Positions 12,394 through 26,016 are shown, counted from the first letter of the stretch. The stretch: DNA of 64,000 nucleotides from Adineta vaga (GCA_021613535.1 CP075497.1:4588001-4652000), one strand, 5' to 3'. Notes: a model not told the origin generated them from the letters alone. A program made the numbers and translations.

Positions 12394-12813
12394 TTAAATA
12401 AAGTTTATTTGATCTTTGTTTGAAACAACTCCTTTTTTCACATCCGTAATCTTTTTCGATATAAATTTTGAACAACTTTCGAAAACTGTTTCATGAGCTG
12501 GAAAATATGAAAGATCATTGTTTAATAAAATCGATTGATAATAAGTTTCTTCTGCTTCATCATATGGATGTATTGTTTCAGATTCAATTGCAATAGAATA
12601 TGGATCGACTAGCTTTTCTACATATTTATCAATTGGAATCGTCATTTCAATCATTTGCTCGGAATTGATTAATAATGCTGTATAACGTCGTTTTATACTC
12701 ATATTTTCTTTTGATAAACGAAGATGAAGAATAATAAATAGAAACATCGAAATAAAAACTACGAATATGATCCATGTTATAACAAAAATATTTATACTTG
12801 CATCTGAGAACAT
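12394..12813 (-). CDS. Hypothetical single-pass membrane protein (139 aa)
   Basis: Intronless ORF from the ATG at 12813: N-terminal hydrophobic segment IFVITWIIFVVFISMFLFIIL, then basic residues, then an acidic tail. Confidence 0.5.
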   Translation of the reverse strand: MFSDASINIFVITWIIFVVFISMFLFIILHLRLSKENMSIKRRYTALLINSEQMIEMTIPIDKYVEKLVDPYSIAIESETIHPYDEAEETYYQSILLNNDLSYFPAHETVFESCSKFISKKITDVKKGVVSNKDQINFI

Positions 12814-13139
12814 TCTTCGGATAGACAATGAATAAAGACAATCTCTGAAGATCTACACTAAATTTGTGCGACGAAAAAGGAAGAGACATTCTATTAACAT
12901 ATATCTAGGGTATTTCGATGACGAACTTTCCCAAAAGATTTGTCGTCGCCATCGGCATCTTCATTTCTGTTTCGGCAAAGAAACGGGTACATGTAATACA
13001 TTCAAAAAAAAATAAAGAAATACAATGCAAGAAAAAAAAATCATCACTAAAATAAAATCATCATTAGGCTGGGATAATTCAATGCACCATAAGAGAAAAA
13101 AAAGAAAATATATTCACAGTCAAAGATATGCATATCGAT

Positions 13140-14842
13140 TTAACATTTCCATTTAAGAATTTTTCTTTCAGCAACAAATTCTCCTCGTGGTGAACTGATC
13201 TTTGGTTCCAATGTTGCTAAATAAACCGGTGTATCAGCACCTTGTTCTGGTGATCCCATTCCTTTCTGTGATGACATATCCGTTTTGATATAACCAGGAC
13301 AACAAGCATTGACAACAATATCTCGTTGAGGTTTTTCATCAAATAAACGTTGTTGAATAAAAGTAGCTGCTGTTAAAGCAACTTTACTCATTCCATAGGC
13401 ACTATTTGGGTATCCATTTTCTTCATGAGAATTTTGTTTAGCTTTTCTAAAAAGCAAAATCAAAAAATGTTTTTATTCACAAAGAAAAAAACTTTTCTTC
13501 GGAGATTTACTGAATAAAATCACTAAGAATATCAGAAACAGTTTCAATAGTTGCATTTGGTGATATTAGATTGTGACGAATTTCATTGCTTTTCACTAAT
13601 TCAAGCATTCCAGCTCGACTTGATACATTGACAACGCTAAATCAAATTGATTCTTTTTATTCACTTAAATTCATTGGTATATTATTAAACAAACCGTGCA
13701 TGATCTCTTAGCAGAGGAAATAGAGCATTACAGATATTAATTGTACCGAAAAAATTCGTCTGAGCAGTAATTTCCGCTTGATCGCCAAAGGGTGTCGTAT
13801 CATTAACCTACAGAGATGAAATAATCGTTGTTATTATAATGAGAAAAAAACAAAATCAATCAAGGAAATCATTTTCTATCTACTTTAAAAGCAATTGCTG
13901 CATTATTGATAAGAATATCTAAACCTCCATGAGTTTTTTTAATATAATCCGCAAGTCGACGAATACTTTCGACATTTGTGAGATCTAATTGATGAAATTG
14001 AACTTTATTATGAGCATTTTTATTTGTTTCTTGTAATTGTTGAACTGCATTCAAACCAAGTTCTTCATTTCTTGCTTAAAAAAAGAAATTCACGAATAAT
14101 TAATATTGCTTAATCTCTCTTCAAGATGAAAACATTATAGTCTTTTTAAAATGCGGAAATTCTATAAAAGGAAAACTGAGTTCTCGATGCTTGAGAAGAT
14201 TCTTTGATGAAAGATATATGGCACTTCATACTATTTAAGTAAAGAATCTTATTTAGATGAATGACGTTTGCACTATCTTCAATATCAAATGACACAGTCA
14301 CTCTCAATAGGAAATATATTCAATAGCAAAAGATTATTCAACATGAAAAGATGTTATGGATCATTTATCACATTTATATCTTAAGTATCAATTTTAGATT
14401 GAATATCATAATATTCATGATGTTTCAAAAAGTAAATTGAGATTTTTCTCATTATTTTTAAGTAAAATTCCTTTTTGTTTTACTTTAATATCTCAAAAAA
14501 AAAGAAAAATGTCATCATCTAGTATACGCCTTGTCTGTTAAGTAATGATAAATATATATATGCATCTTTTCACTTGAAATTAGTTTCCTGCTGATAGAAT
14601 AATTCGAAGAAAACAGTAGGTTCTTCTTTGAACTATTCAATTAGCATTTCATCAATAATGAAAATCTAATTATTAACTCACCCGTCAAATAAATAATCCC
14701 GTCAAAAACTGAACAAAGTTTATTCACAATCGCATAACCAATGCCTTTATTAGCTCCAGTAACCTTGAATAAAAATAATATTTTGAATCATATCTCATAT
14801 TCGCCTTTTGAAATTACTTACAACAGCTACTTTTTGTGCCAT
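13140..14842 (-). CDS. CBR1: Carbonyl reductase [NADPH] 1/3-like SDR (6 exons)
   Basis: Spliced MAQKVAV|VTGANKGIGY...|ARNEELG...HGGLDILINNAAIAFK|VNDTTPFGDQAEITAQTNFFGT...|VVNVSS...|...SAYGMSK...VNACCPGYIKTDM...GADTPVYLA. Typical animal CBR including the helical insertion. Confidence 0.9.
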
Positions 14843-15052
14843 GAAATATATATCACCAGAATTAATGAAAAGAAAACACAACGATCTGAAATTAGATCAA
14901 TTCTTCATTATAATTCAAAACAACATCTATGTACCAATACAAAAAAAATGGAATGAAATGTTGGACTTCAAACTGACTATATGACTAATTAACATTTACA
15001 ACATATTGCACAGATTTTCAGGTATTTTTCTTCTATTCGTTTGTACGATGGA

Positions 15053-15778
15053 TCATTTGTGTTCGTCATAATCTAAACCGTAGATTTTTCCTGTTGGTTC
15101 ATCATCAGATAATGTTGCTAAATGAACAATTGATTTAATAGCTGATTCCATCTTATGTTCATGATGATCATGATTTAATTCAATGGTTGCTAAATCAGAC
15201 GTACATGCATTCACTTTGATTTTTGTACCTTTTAAATCTTTCGCTAATTGCAATGTTAACATATTAAGTGAAGCTTTCGATGCACTGTATGCACAGTGGA
15301 AATCGGAATCCTTATTTCGTCGATGAAAATCGAGAGAACCAAAAATACTTGAAATGTTAACAATACGTGCTGATGATGATTGACGAAGTAAAGGTAAAAA
15401 AGCATTTATTACTGCGATTGCACCAAAAAAGTTAACTTCGAAGTTTTGTCGAATCATTTCTATTGATAATTCACTTGGACGTGGTTCTTTCAAACAAAGA
15501 CTACTATTATTAATGAGAATATCAAGACGACCATAGGCATTTGCAACTTCGGTAACAGCAAGATCAATTGTTGCTTGATTGGTAACATCAATTTGAATAT
15601 AAGTAACGGAAAGATTTTCAGAAGAAAGTTGTTCAGCAGCTTGTTCGCCTTTGATTTCATCTCGAGATGCAATTAAAACTTCAATACCTTTTATTGCCAA
15701 TTCATGTGCTACTTCATAACCAATTCCTTTTGTACCACCAGTGATCAAGGCAATACGATTATTGGTATTTGCAGCCAT
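15053..15778 (-). CDS. Intronless short-chain dehydrogenase/reductase, bacterial carbonyl-reductase-like
   Basis: TGGTKGIG, YGRLDILINN, FEVNFFG, RIVNISS and catalytic YSASK motifs. 241 aa, no introns, lacks the CBR1 helical insertion. Confidence 0.85.
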   Translation of the reverse strand: MAANTNNRIALITGGTKGIGYEVAHELAIKGIEVLIASRDEIKGEQAAEQLSSENLSVTYIQIDVTNQATIDLAVTEVANAYGRLDILINNSSLCLKEPRPSELSIEMIRQNFEVNFFGAIAVINAFLPLLRQSSSARIVNISSIFGSLDFHRRNKDSDFHCAYSASKASLNMLTLQLAKDLKGTKIKVNACTSDLATIELNHDHHEHKMESAIKSIVHLATLSDDEPTGKIYGLDYDEHK

Positions 15779-16264
15779 GTATGAAAAGTATAAATCGTTT
15801 ATTGCTAGTTCTATTCCTATTTTCTGTCACTGAATTCATAGATCAGAAGACTATATATCTATCTATTTATATAAAAGAAATACTATTGCAGAACGCTTGA
15901 TTACTTTTATTTTCTTTTCTTTCCACTTATATTCATTGGTTATAAATAGACGAATGGAAACTAAACATTTCTTTTTCTTCTTCATATGTTGTCAGATTGT
16001 TTATGTTTATTTATTTTGTAGGCTTTTTTCCTTTTACAATAAACCGAATTTGTCTCATGTGATGAAATGTATTCTTTTGTTTGGCAATGATACCTATTTT
16101 TCAAAAATTTAAATAGTTCTGCATGCTTTTTTATTCGAACCTTCTTGGCTAATTCCTATTGAAAAAAAATCAGATTAATTCAAAAAAATAAAACTATACA
16201 AATTCTTTCTTTTTGTTTGAGATAGTAATCATTTACACGTCATTTTGTTTATAAATTTCTATAA

Positions 16265-16697
<433 letters not shown>

Positions 16698-16864
16698 TTT
16701 AACAAACGATTTCCATGATAGGAAAATGATAAGAAAGAAACAAAAGAACAACAATTTTTTTATTCGAGAAACGAGCTTATTTTTTTTTCTTTAAACTTAT
16801 GATACTAATAAATATTATAATTTTTTTCTGACAAGAACAGATGTATTCTAACTTTTCTTTAGAT

Positions 16865-17416
16865 ATGAATCATTTAATAAATCTATCAAAACGAACGGTT
16901 TTACTAACCAATCGTTTACCGATTCAAACATCTATTCGAACTGTTCTAAATAATCGTGAATGGCGTCCAAATGAAGAAGCACCTGTCACACCTGAAGATC
17001 GTGCTGCAACAGCACGTAAATATAATATGTTACCAGAAGATTATAAACCCTTTCCACCTGAACGGAATGCTGGCGATATGCCTGATGTTGCACCCTCAGG
17101 CAGATATTTCGAACGTAGTCCTTGGGAAGATTATGATTATCCATTGGATAGACAAAATTGGAATGAACCACGTCATCCTGAAGATTTTATTAAATTCGAA
17201 AAGACACGTCTTGGACATGTAGATGAAAATCAACCAAAATTAATGAAAGAATTATCGAAATTCTTGATTCTTCCCGTTATAGTTATATTAGGTATCTATG
17301 GTTTACGTGCATTTGAATTTATGAATCCAACATTTCGTTCACCAAGAATTGAACCTGGTGTGGTTCATTATTCATTTGAAAAAGATGATGGTTCTGGTCA
17401 TGGCGTTCGATATTAG
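16865..17416 (+). CDS. NDUFB8: NADH dehydrogenase 1 beta subcomplex subunit 8 (ASHI)
   Basis: Mitochondrial presequence-like N-terminus, then PVTPEDRAATARKYNMLPEDYKPFP...GDMPD...ERSPWEDYDYPLDRQNWNEP, a single TM, and HYSFE tail. Likely ATG is 16865, just after an acceptor-like tract. Confidence 0.85.
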   Translation: MNHLINLSKRTVLLTNRLPIQTSIRTVLNNREWRPNEEAPVTPEDRAATARKYNMLPEDYKPFPPERNAGDMPDVAPSGRYFERSPWEDYDYPLDRQNWNEPRHPEDFIKFEKTRLGHVDENQPKLMKELSKFLILPVIVILGIYGLRAFEFMNPTFRSPRIEPGVVHYSFEKDDGSGHGVRY

Positions 17417-17650
17417 AAAATACACAAACTTATGCATAAACTTTTGTTCACCTAGTAGTAAAAAGCAGTTTTATTGTATTTACATAAAAACGAATAAGAT
17501 AAGAAGAAAAATATATACTATCTTCTACTTCTCATTGAAAGAAAAGAAGTTGAATCGTTTTTCTTGCTTAACAGATGGTTAATAGAGAAAATCTTCTATA
17601 GAAATATTATTGATAAATAAGATGCATAGAGAGTATAATATTTCTCTTTC

Positions 17651-17680
17651 TATCTATCTATCTATCTATATATATATATA
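17651..17680. repeat. (TATC)n(TA)n microsatellite
   Basis: tatctatctatctatctatatatatatata. Confidence 0.8.
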
Positions 17681-18125
17681 TTTATTAAATCTTTTTATGA
17701 AATTGTTTCCCGAATTCTCATTGCTATGAGTAATAATAATCATCTCATTTTTCTTCTTGCTATTCTTCTTTTTTTCTTCTACTCCACTCGTCTACTTTTT
17801 CTTGATTTCCTTCTCTTCTTTTGTGCAACATAACGTCGATTCTCTTTCTTTCTGTGTCTCTTCTGATGTGCATTGTAAACGCAATCAACCGGCAATACTT
17901 ACGCTTGTCGTTAACCATTGAATCGTTCATATTCTTCCAAAACTGAAGCAGAAAAAATCGATCGATTTCCATCTTTATTACTAATAATCAAAATATTCTT
18001 TCCTTCTTTCTTTCTTTCTTCTCGTTCTATTCTTCGTATGTTTCTGTACAAAACAAAAAGCTGCTTAAATCTAATCTATAGAAATTGTTTATTTCAGATA
18101 ATGCTGACACATCTGAAACGAGACG

Positions 18126-21100
18126 ATGTGTGAACAAACGAAACGATATTTTTCTCCACGTCTTGTTGATTACGTTATTATAGTTGGCTGTCGTCATCCG
18201 AATAAATATAATCATGTTACTCAAACACCTGAATTACTTCGACGTTATCCATTAGAAGATCATAAAGATTTTTCATTACCACCTGATGTAATCTTTTTTT
18301 GTCAACCAGAAGGATGTATTAATATTGGTCATCAACGAACTGGTTTACAACAAATAACTTCATTTGTTTTTACATTAACAGAAAAAGATTCAAATCGTCA
18401 ACGATTTGGTATTTGTGTGAATTTCTATCGACATTTTTCTCGACGTACATGTACAATACATAATCATCATCAACATAAAACTGATGGTAGTGATTCATCT
18501 GATGATAATATTGGAAAAGCAAAACATTCGATCGTACACAATCACTTGACTGTTGATGGAAATGAAAATCTGGAACGTAAACGTAAAAAACGTTTAAGAA
18601 ACAATACCTTAACATCAATTTGTCTTATCAGTCATCATCCATTTTTTACACGTTTTCGTGAATGTCTTATTATATTAAAAACAATTATTGATGCTTGCAA
18701 TGAACGATCATGCGCAAAACGAACGGGTGCATCAAGAGGAACGTCAAGGTTGGTTTCTTCAAACTTTCTTAATTATGAAAAATCAAAATTTTCTTTCATT
18801 TGTAGAGAAACTGTTTGGAGTGTTTTAACAGGACAAGCTTGTGAATGTACATCAAGTATTGTTGCTCATGAACTTCGAGAAATTGAAACATGGATATTAC
18901 GATTATTAAGTGCACCAGTTTCTATTCCAGGCAAAACAAAAATCTTAGTAAATTATTTTATCTCTTCTTAGCAATTTTACATTGATTTTTATTTAGATTG
19001 AAATACTTGCAAATCAACCTCCAATGTTATTTGCTTTACCTGATCATACAAGATTTTCATTAGTAGATTTTCCTCTACATTTACCATTGGAATTATTAGG
19101 AGTTGATTTATGTATACGTGTCTTAACATTAATTATGCTTGAAAATAAAGTATATATCGTTTTATCGAAAATAAACATAAACGGATTTATGAGATCCAAT
19201 TTTACTATGAATTTTAGGTTGTCTTTCAATCAAGAGATTATAATGCATTGACAATGAGTGTTTTAGCATTTGTAGCATTACTTTATCCACTTGAATATAT
19301 GTTTCCTGTTATTCCATTACTACCAACTTGTATGACTGGTGCTGAACAAGTAAAAGAAATGAATTATGATTTTCAATGAATTTTGAGAAATATTTTTAGC
19401 TTTTACTTATTCCAACTCCATTTATCATTGGTATACCTGCAAGTTTCTTTCCTTATAAAGGAATGGGATCAAAAAGATTTGATGATATATGGATTGTTGA
19501 TCTTGACGCTAATCAAGTTAGTTTTTCTTCATTTTCATATATTTTCATTCAAGAAGAAAACATTCACTAGATTACACCACCACGTCATGCTGAACCATGT
19601 TTTGATATTCCCGAATATGAATACAGTATATTAAGTAATCATTTAAAACAAGCATTAGGTAGTATGTCTTCTGATATTGAACCAATACAAAATTTTGATG
19701 CAATATTAAATGATAAATCATATATGACTAATCCAAAAATGTTACCATTAAAAACTTACAATCCATTCATATATGGAAATGATATTGATTCAGTTGATAT
19801 TGCAACTCGAGTAGCCATGGTTCGATTTTTTAATTCTCCAAATATACTTGGAAATTTTAATGAACATACAAGAACATTAAGATTACATCCAAGAGCAGTT
19901 GTTGCTTTTCAATATACAAGTTTTATTCGGTCAAAACCAGTTAAATCAGCATTTATTGTTCGATTAGCAAAAACTCAAGTAAATGAAAAAAAACGAGCGA
20001 ACATGTACTTTTAGAGAAAATAAAATCTTCATCCATTTATTTAGGCTGTTGAATTCTTTGCTGAATGGTCTCTATGTCCCGATAATGTCGCATTTTTACG
20101 TGTACAAACAGGTGTTTATGATCCTGCTCTAATTGGTGATAAACCAAAATGGTACAGTCGAAATTTAACAACGATACAGTTCAATATTATCGAAGAGAAT
20201 AGTACGTTGGCCCAAGCCATAAGTTCTTCAAAGGAAAATACGAATGATAATGAACAGACTCCAACAGGTTTTTTAAAATATTCAATCTAATCTATTATTC
20301 GACAACGATTTTATCTTTTAGATGAAAGTGGCAGTGATTCGGAAGAAGATAGTCCAAATTCTTGTTATTCATCATTGAGTGATTTTGTATCTGAAATGCG
20401 TAATAGTGAAATTTGTGGAGAAATTCGAGGTATGATAAAACATCACTTAGTTTGTTAGAAATCAAATGAAATTTTCATTTCTCTTTTGTATAGAAAATAG
20501 ACTCTATCCTGAGAATCAGGAAAAAACAGCATTTGTAGAATATTCAAGAGTTTATAATCCACCGGAAGAATTACAAATTCCTGAAAGTATGAATGCAAAT
20601 AACAATGCACGTGAATCAAATCAATCAATGAGTGAATCAACAATAAGTTCCAGTTCAAATTCAGATTTTAATTCTCAACATCATTCACCTGTCGATGAAA
20701 AGCATAATATATTAGCTGATCTATCAGAAAGTATACTAGAAATTGATTCGAAATCTAGTTCAGCCACAATTACACCTATAGCGAAAAGTTTTCCAAAGTA
20801 AATCAAATTTCTAAATTTTCTTTTGAAAAAAAGACAACGAATCCTTGTTGTTTTCTAGGCCATTATTCGATCTGAAATCATTGCAATCGATACAAATTCT
20901 CCTCAATCATCACCAGCAGCAACTCGTCGTCCATTTCCATTCATTATTCCAAAACAAGATAGTCAAAATTCTGAAAGTAATATATCAATTAGTTCACCAG
21001 CAATCGCACAAACATCTGATGAAACTTCTAATAAAATGTCAGAATCAATCAGTATGTATTCAATTGAGAAGAACATTCGAATATTTTCTATTTCATATAA

Positions 21101-24100
21101 ATAGTCTCAACGGAAAGTTCACCAATTTCTCGAGCTAATCGTCCATCACCGTTTCCTTTTCCACAACCAAATCGTCAAGTAGATAGATCAAATTTGAATA
21201 AACATGGTACACAATATTTCAATACAATAATTGCTAATCGACAACGTGATTTTATTCGACAGCAAAGTGTAGAATTAAAAGCAAATACACATAGTGAAAA
21301 TCAGCAATTTTTAAAAGAAATTGTTAGCAATGTTCTCGATGGATTAGGAATTGGTTGGTTGAAAATTAATCGAGTGAAGAAATTGATGGAAGATGAAAAT
21401 TATCGAAATTTTGTATTGAGTCGATTGAATGTTAATTTGGATAAGAAATATTCGGATGAAGATGATCATATTGAAGATGTTGTAAGTGATGATTGCATTA
21501 TTTTATGAATGTTGAAAACTGTCATATTTTTTTTAAAATTAATTCAGAAAGTTAGCCGAATGGTATTCAAAGGCATGACAAATATATTACGTGCTGTTAT
21601 ACAAGGTCTCGAAGCAACTTCAGAAAATAATGGTGTTGGTGGAATGGCATCAACATTTCAGTTATTAGAAATAGCTCATACACATTATTGGGTGAAAGAT
21701 ACAACAACGCGAAGTGATATAAGTCCAATGTCGGAACGTGATAGTCCACTTAATGGTAGTCACGAAAGTTTAGCATCAATCGACCCAAATATTTCATCGA
21801 ATCTACCTTCTCTTCAAAAACCAACCAATGTCATTGCTAGTCCAACAGCAAATTTTGTTGCACAATTAGGTAAATAAAAACCGATGATGATACTGTGGTT
21901 TTGAATATATTCAAGAAAAGTGTTGATACGAAGGAATTATAAATATTTTCAGGGAGTTTTTGGCGTGAATCAAAATCAGTAATTGCTCGTAGTTATGCAT
22001 CTGCAACTCAAGCAACAATGGCTTTTGCACCCAGTGTAGAATTACATACCAATCCAAAACATTCATTTTCACCACATGCTCCATTTCATTCTATTCTAAC
22101 TATTAGTCCATCATTATCGGCGAATTTAATTTCAAATGATCGATCACCATCAACAAGACAACCTCAAGCAATGATGAATCAACCGAGTTTTTCTCAATCG
22201 ACTGGTATATTGTCGTATTTTCTCTGTTTGATTCCTTGTCTATGAATATCACGTTTGTTAGTTTGTGCTGCTCGTCATTCTATGTAGTTTCAATAGATTT
22301 TATTAAAACGAAACAATCGTGTGTAATTATCTATTTAGATGTTGCGGATGTGAATGGTGATGATTATCAAAATATAGAAATTCCATCAGAAGTTGTTTCA
22401 AATTCGGCTGAAACGAATGATTCAAATAAAACAAGTAAAACAAAAATTTACTTGTTATTTATTTTCTCATTTTACACTTGTATAGTTATAGATCAACAAG
22501 ATCGACCTGATTCATTGAATTTAATGAATGAAGTAAGTTATCGAAATCATATTGCGAAGAATTTAAACTTTATAAATCAATTGATTAGCAAAAGGTAAAA
22601 ACACGTATTGATATATCACGTGCTAGTTCAATGGCAACGGATGAAGGAAGTGGAGTAGATTCTGTATTATCCAGTCGACGTGAATCGAAAATGACTCTTC
22701 ATTCAATTCGAACATCGCATCAATGGAATGATGATGATGATAAATTAAAAATTAGACGTTTATCAACGGCATCAACTGTAAAAAGTTCACTATCGGCTGG
22801 ATATAGGTATAGAGAATTGAATATATAATGATTATTTCTATTTTATGATAATTTAGATTTCATCATGGATCGTTAATACAAGTAGCTGATAATAATAATT
22901 TACTTGTCAATGATAAACAATATTTATTTGAAGTCCTTGTTGGAAGTTCACGTAGTCATCTATGGGATCAAATGCAAATTTGGGAAGATGTTTTTCTAGA
23001 TGCAGTTGCACAAGAACGTGATATTATTGGTCTTGATCAAGGACCAGCAGAAATGATGGAACGGTAGAAATAATCAGAAATTGAATCGTACATCTGTTTT
23101 TTGTTTTCTCTTCGTTTAGTTATTATTCATTATCAAATTCAGATCGAAGACGTTTGGAATTAGATGAAGATCGTTTATTAGCTGTGATGCTTTATAATTT
23201 AATTGCATTTATGACCATGATGCGTGTGAGTAAAGATGAAATTCGTCGGAAAATTCGTCGAATGATTGGCCGATGTCATATTGGTTTAACAATGAGTCAA
23301 CAAGTGAATGAATTAATTGATAATATATCAAATTTGGTAATATATATATAATCTCTAGAAAAAAATTTGATTGTCGTTTTTTTTTCTTCATTTTATTGAT
23401 TTTTAGAATGGTAATGATATTGATTTAAGACCAGCTGGTAGTCGTCTTTTACAAAAACAAAGTTTTACTGTACATTGGGGAACTGATAATACAGGTGATA
23501 TGTTATTTATGGAGGTAATTCAACTGAAAGATTTGCGATAGAAATTTTTAGATTCATTTGAATTATTTAGGTTTGGGATGATTGTCTGATTCTACGAAGT
23601 GTACTTGGTGAAGTTTATGATCGATGTTGGTTTGAAAAATTAGTGAATATGACCTTTTCTCCTAAAACGAGAGTACTTTGTCTATGGCGAAAAGTTGAAG
23701 GTGAAACACAATTAACTAAATTCTATACAAAACGAGTAAGATAATGTTGATTTGAATTGTTCATATTCATAATTTACAAATTTCTAGTGTCGAGATCTAT
23801 ATTTTGCAATCAAAGAAGCTATGGAAAAGGCAGCCGTTCGAATGAAAGGAACATTACCAGGTAAAAGAAGTTCAAATGAATAATTTATCAATCATTCGAG
23901 GTTTTTTTTAAACAGGTCAAGAAGTTGGCGGAGAATTTCCAATTAAAGATATGAATACTGGTGAAGGTGGACTTTTACAAGTTTGTCTTGAAGGAATTTG
24001 TTTAACTTTTGAAACTGAAAAAGTAAATATAAACATCCTTTTTTGATTAATATTTCTGTTCATTGTCTATTTATTTTTTCAAAGGAATTCATTGAATTAC

Positions 24101-24643
24101 AAAAAATTCGAAAATGTACAACACAAAAAGGCGATATATTTGTTCTAGAAGAATTTGGTAAAAATCTATTATGCTAATTTTTCCTCAATCATTTATCTTA
24201 TCTATTAGATTCTAATTCCAAACAACTACATATTCGAAAATACAAATCTTCTATGGTATGTATAATTGTTTAGTATCTATGTAGTGAATGTATTTATGTG
24301 ATAGAATGCTTATTATTTAATATATATATATGTGTTGTACGTGTCTTATATGTTTCGTAGGCGAATAGAATTTTGCTTGCTTTTCATCGTGTTGTATCTA
24401 TTCTATTGGAACGGCGAAAATTGTCGTCAGTGAATGGAATTAATCATCATATAAACAAGGAAAAACCAAAGTCTTAGGTATTATATGAGTAGATTAATGT
24501 GTTAAAATCGACGACAAATTGTTATGAAATCGATTTTTATATATTTTGTTTTATTGATTCGATTCTAGGCTGATCGCATTTGTTATGCTGTTATTTGTGT
24601 ATTTTCATATATGGCAGCAGGAAATGATCAACCATCGCAATAA
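18126..24643 (+). CDS. MADD: MAP kinase-activating death domain protein / Rab3-Rab27 GEF (DENN), multi-exon
   Basis: [11 protein letters not shown]...[30 protein letters not shown]; [25 protein letters not shown]; [22 protein letters not shown]; SENQQFLKE; [10 protein letters not shown]; terminal exon [18 protein letters not shown]. Confidence 0.95.
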
Positions 24644-25652
24644 ATCTCAAGTTTTATTCCGACAAATAAATCAGTGATAATGATGTTGATTTTATTCTTC
24701 TTTTTTCGTTCAGCACCTATTCTGTTCTGTCTTCCTTATCATCATTTTCTCTCTCTCTCTCTTCTAGTCATATTCAATCTTCATTTATAGCAATAATCTA
24801 GTAAACTAGAATGATGTTTATATATTTCATCTAATATATGTCATATTATTTTGTTTTGTGTTTCTTTTAATCGTGTTTTGAAAACAAATATACATATATT
24901 TACTCTCATATACAACTATATGATTAAAAATTTCTTACGGAAACCTTTGACGTTAGAAAAAGAAAAAGAAATGAAAGATTAAAACTCAATTATAATTGCT
25001 AATAAAAAGAGAACGACATAAAATCGTGGGTGTTTTCTTTACAATCATTTCCTTACAAGTGCATACCTGTATGAGTAGAATATGATCATAAACATAACCA
25101 ATCTTCTCGTCGAATTCATGTTAGTATGCATTTGATTTTTGTCAATTTCTAACCACCTTCGCAAGTCAATAAATAACATCGTATTGATTCCATTAGTCAA
25201 CGAAATGAAGAAAAGAATTGATACTTGAAAACATATCAACTTTTCTTCTACGTTTCAGTTTGCTTCCGATACGATAGAATAAAATTTGAATGAATAACAC
25301 ATGTAATCCATCATCATATAGACATATTCTAGTCGCACAAGAGAATTTTCGTTGTCTATCTGGCTTGAAAAATGAATTTTTTTATGTGTAGGAGGAGTAC
25401 AAGTGAGAATCGATAGAGATGATGTGTCGCAAACAGAAACAATCAAATATTCGTTTTTTCGTATGACTCAGCAAAAGCGTCGGCAGAAACAAAAAGAATC
25501 GCTCTTTTTTCAGTCATTACTTTTTGAATGATCTTTACATGCATTTGTTTCTCTTATTCATCGGAGTCACTATACCTTCTTATAAATACTTACTACATAG
25601 GTTGTAATCGAATTAGTTTCGACACTTTTCTTGTGATACTTCCTTGGCGACG

Positions 25653-26016
25653 ATGAAAGTAACAAATTTCTTTATCCTTTGTGGTTTGATAATTATCTTA
25701 TCAGGTAGAACATAGTGAAGACATTTTATGATTAAATTCATATGAAGATTTTGTTTTAGTACAAGCACGACCAACTCAATTTGACAAAAAACAACTATCA
25801 TTTGAAGATTACTTGAAACGATTGACGTTGTTAGCACATCAAAATACCAATATCGATAGTGATGATAGTGATTCATTATCTATGAGCATGGAAGATTCTA
25901 CACCAATAACTAAACGTGGCTTTCTATTTTTCCCTGATCGACGTTCTACCAAACGACATTATCGTCCAATGTATTCTTATGGACGAAAATCTCACTGGGA
26001 TACATTTTTTGGATGA
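25653..26016 (+). CDS. Neuropeptide precursor (exons 25653-25704, 25760-26016)
   Basis: Signal peptide MKVTNFFILCGLIIILSVQA, an acidic spacer, and dibasic sites flanking GFLFFPD, HYRPMYSY-G-RK and C-terminal SHWDTFF-G. Confidence 0.8.
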
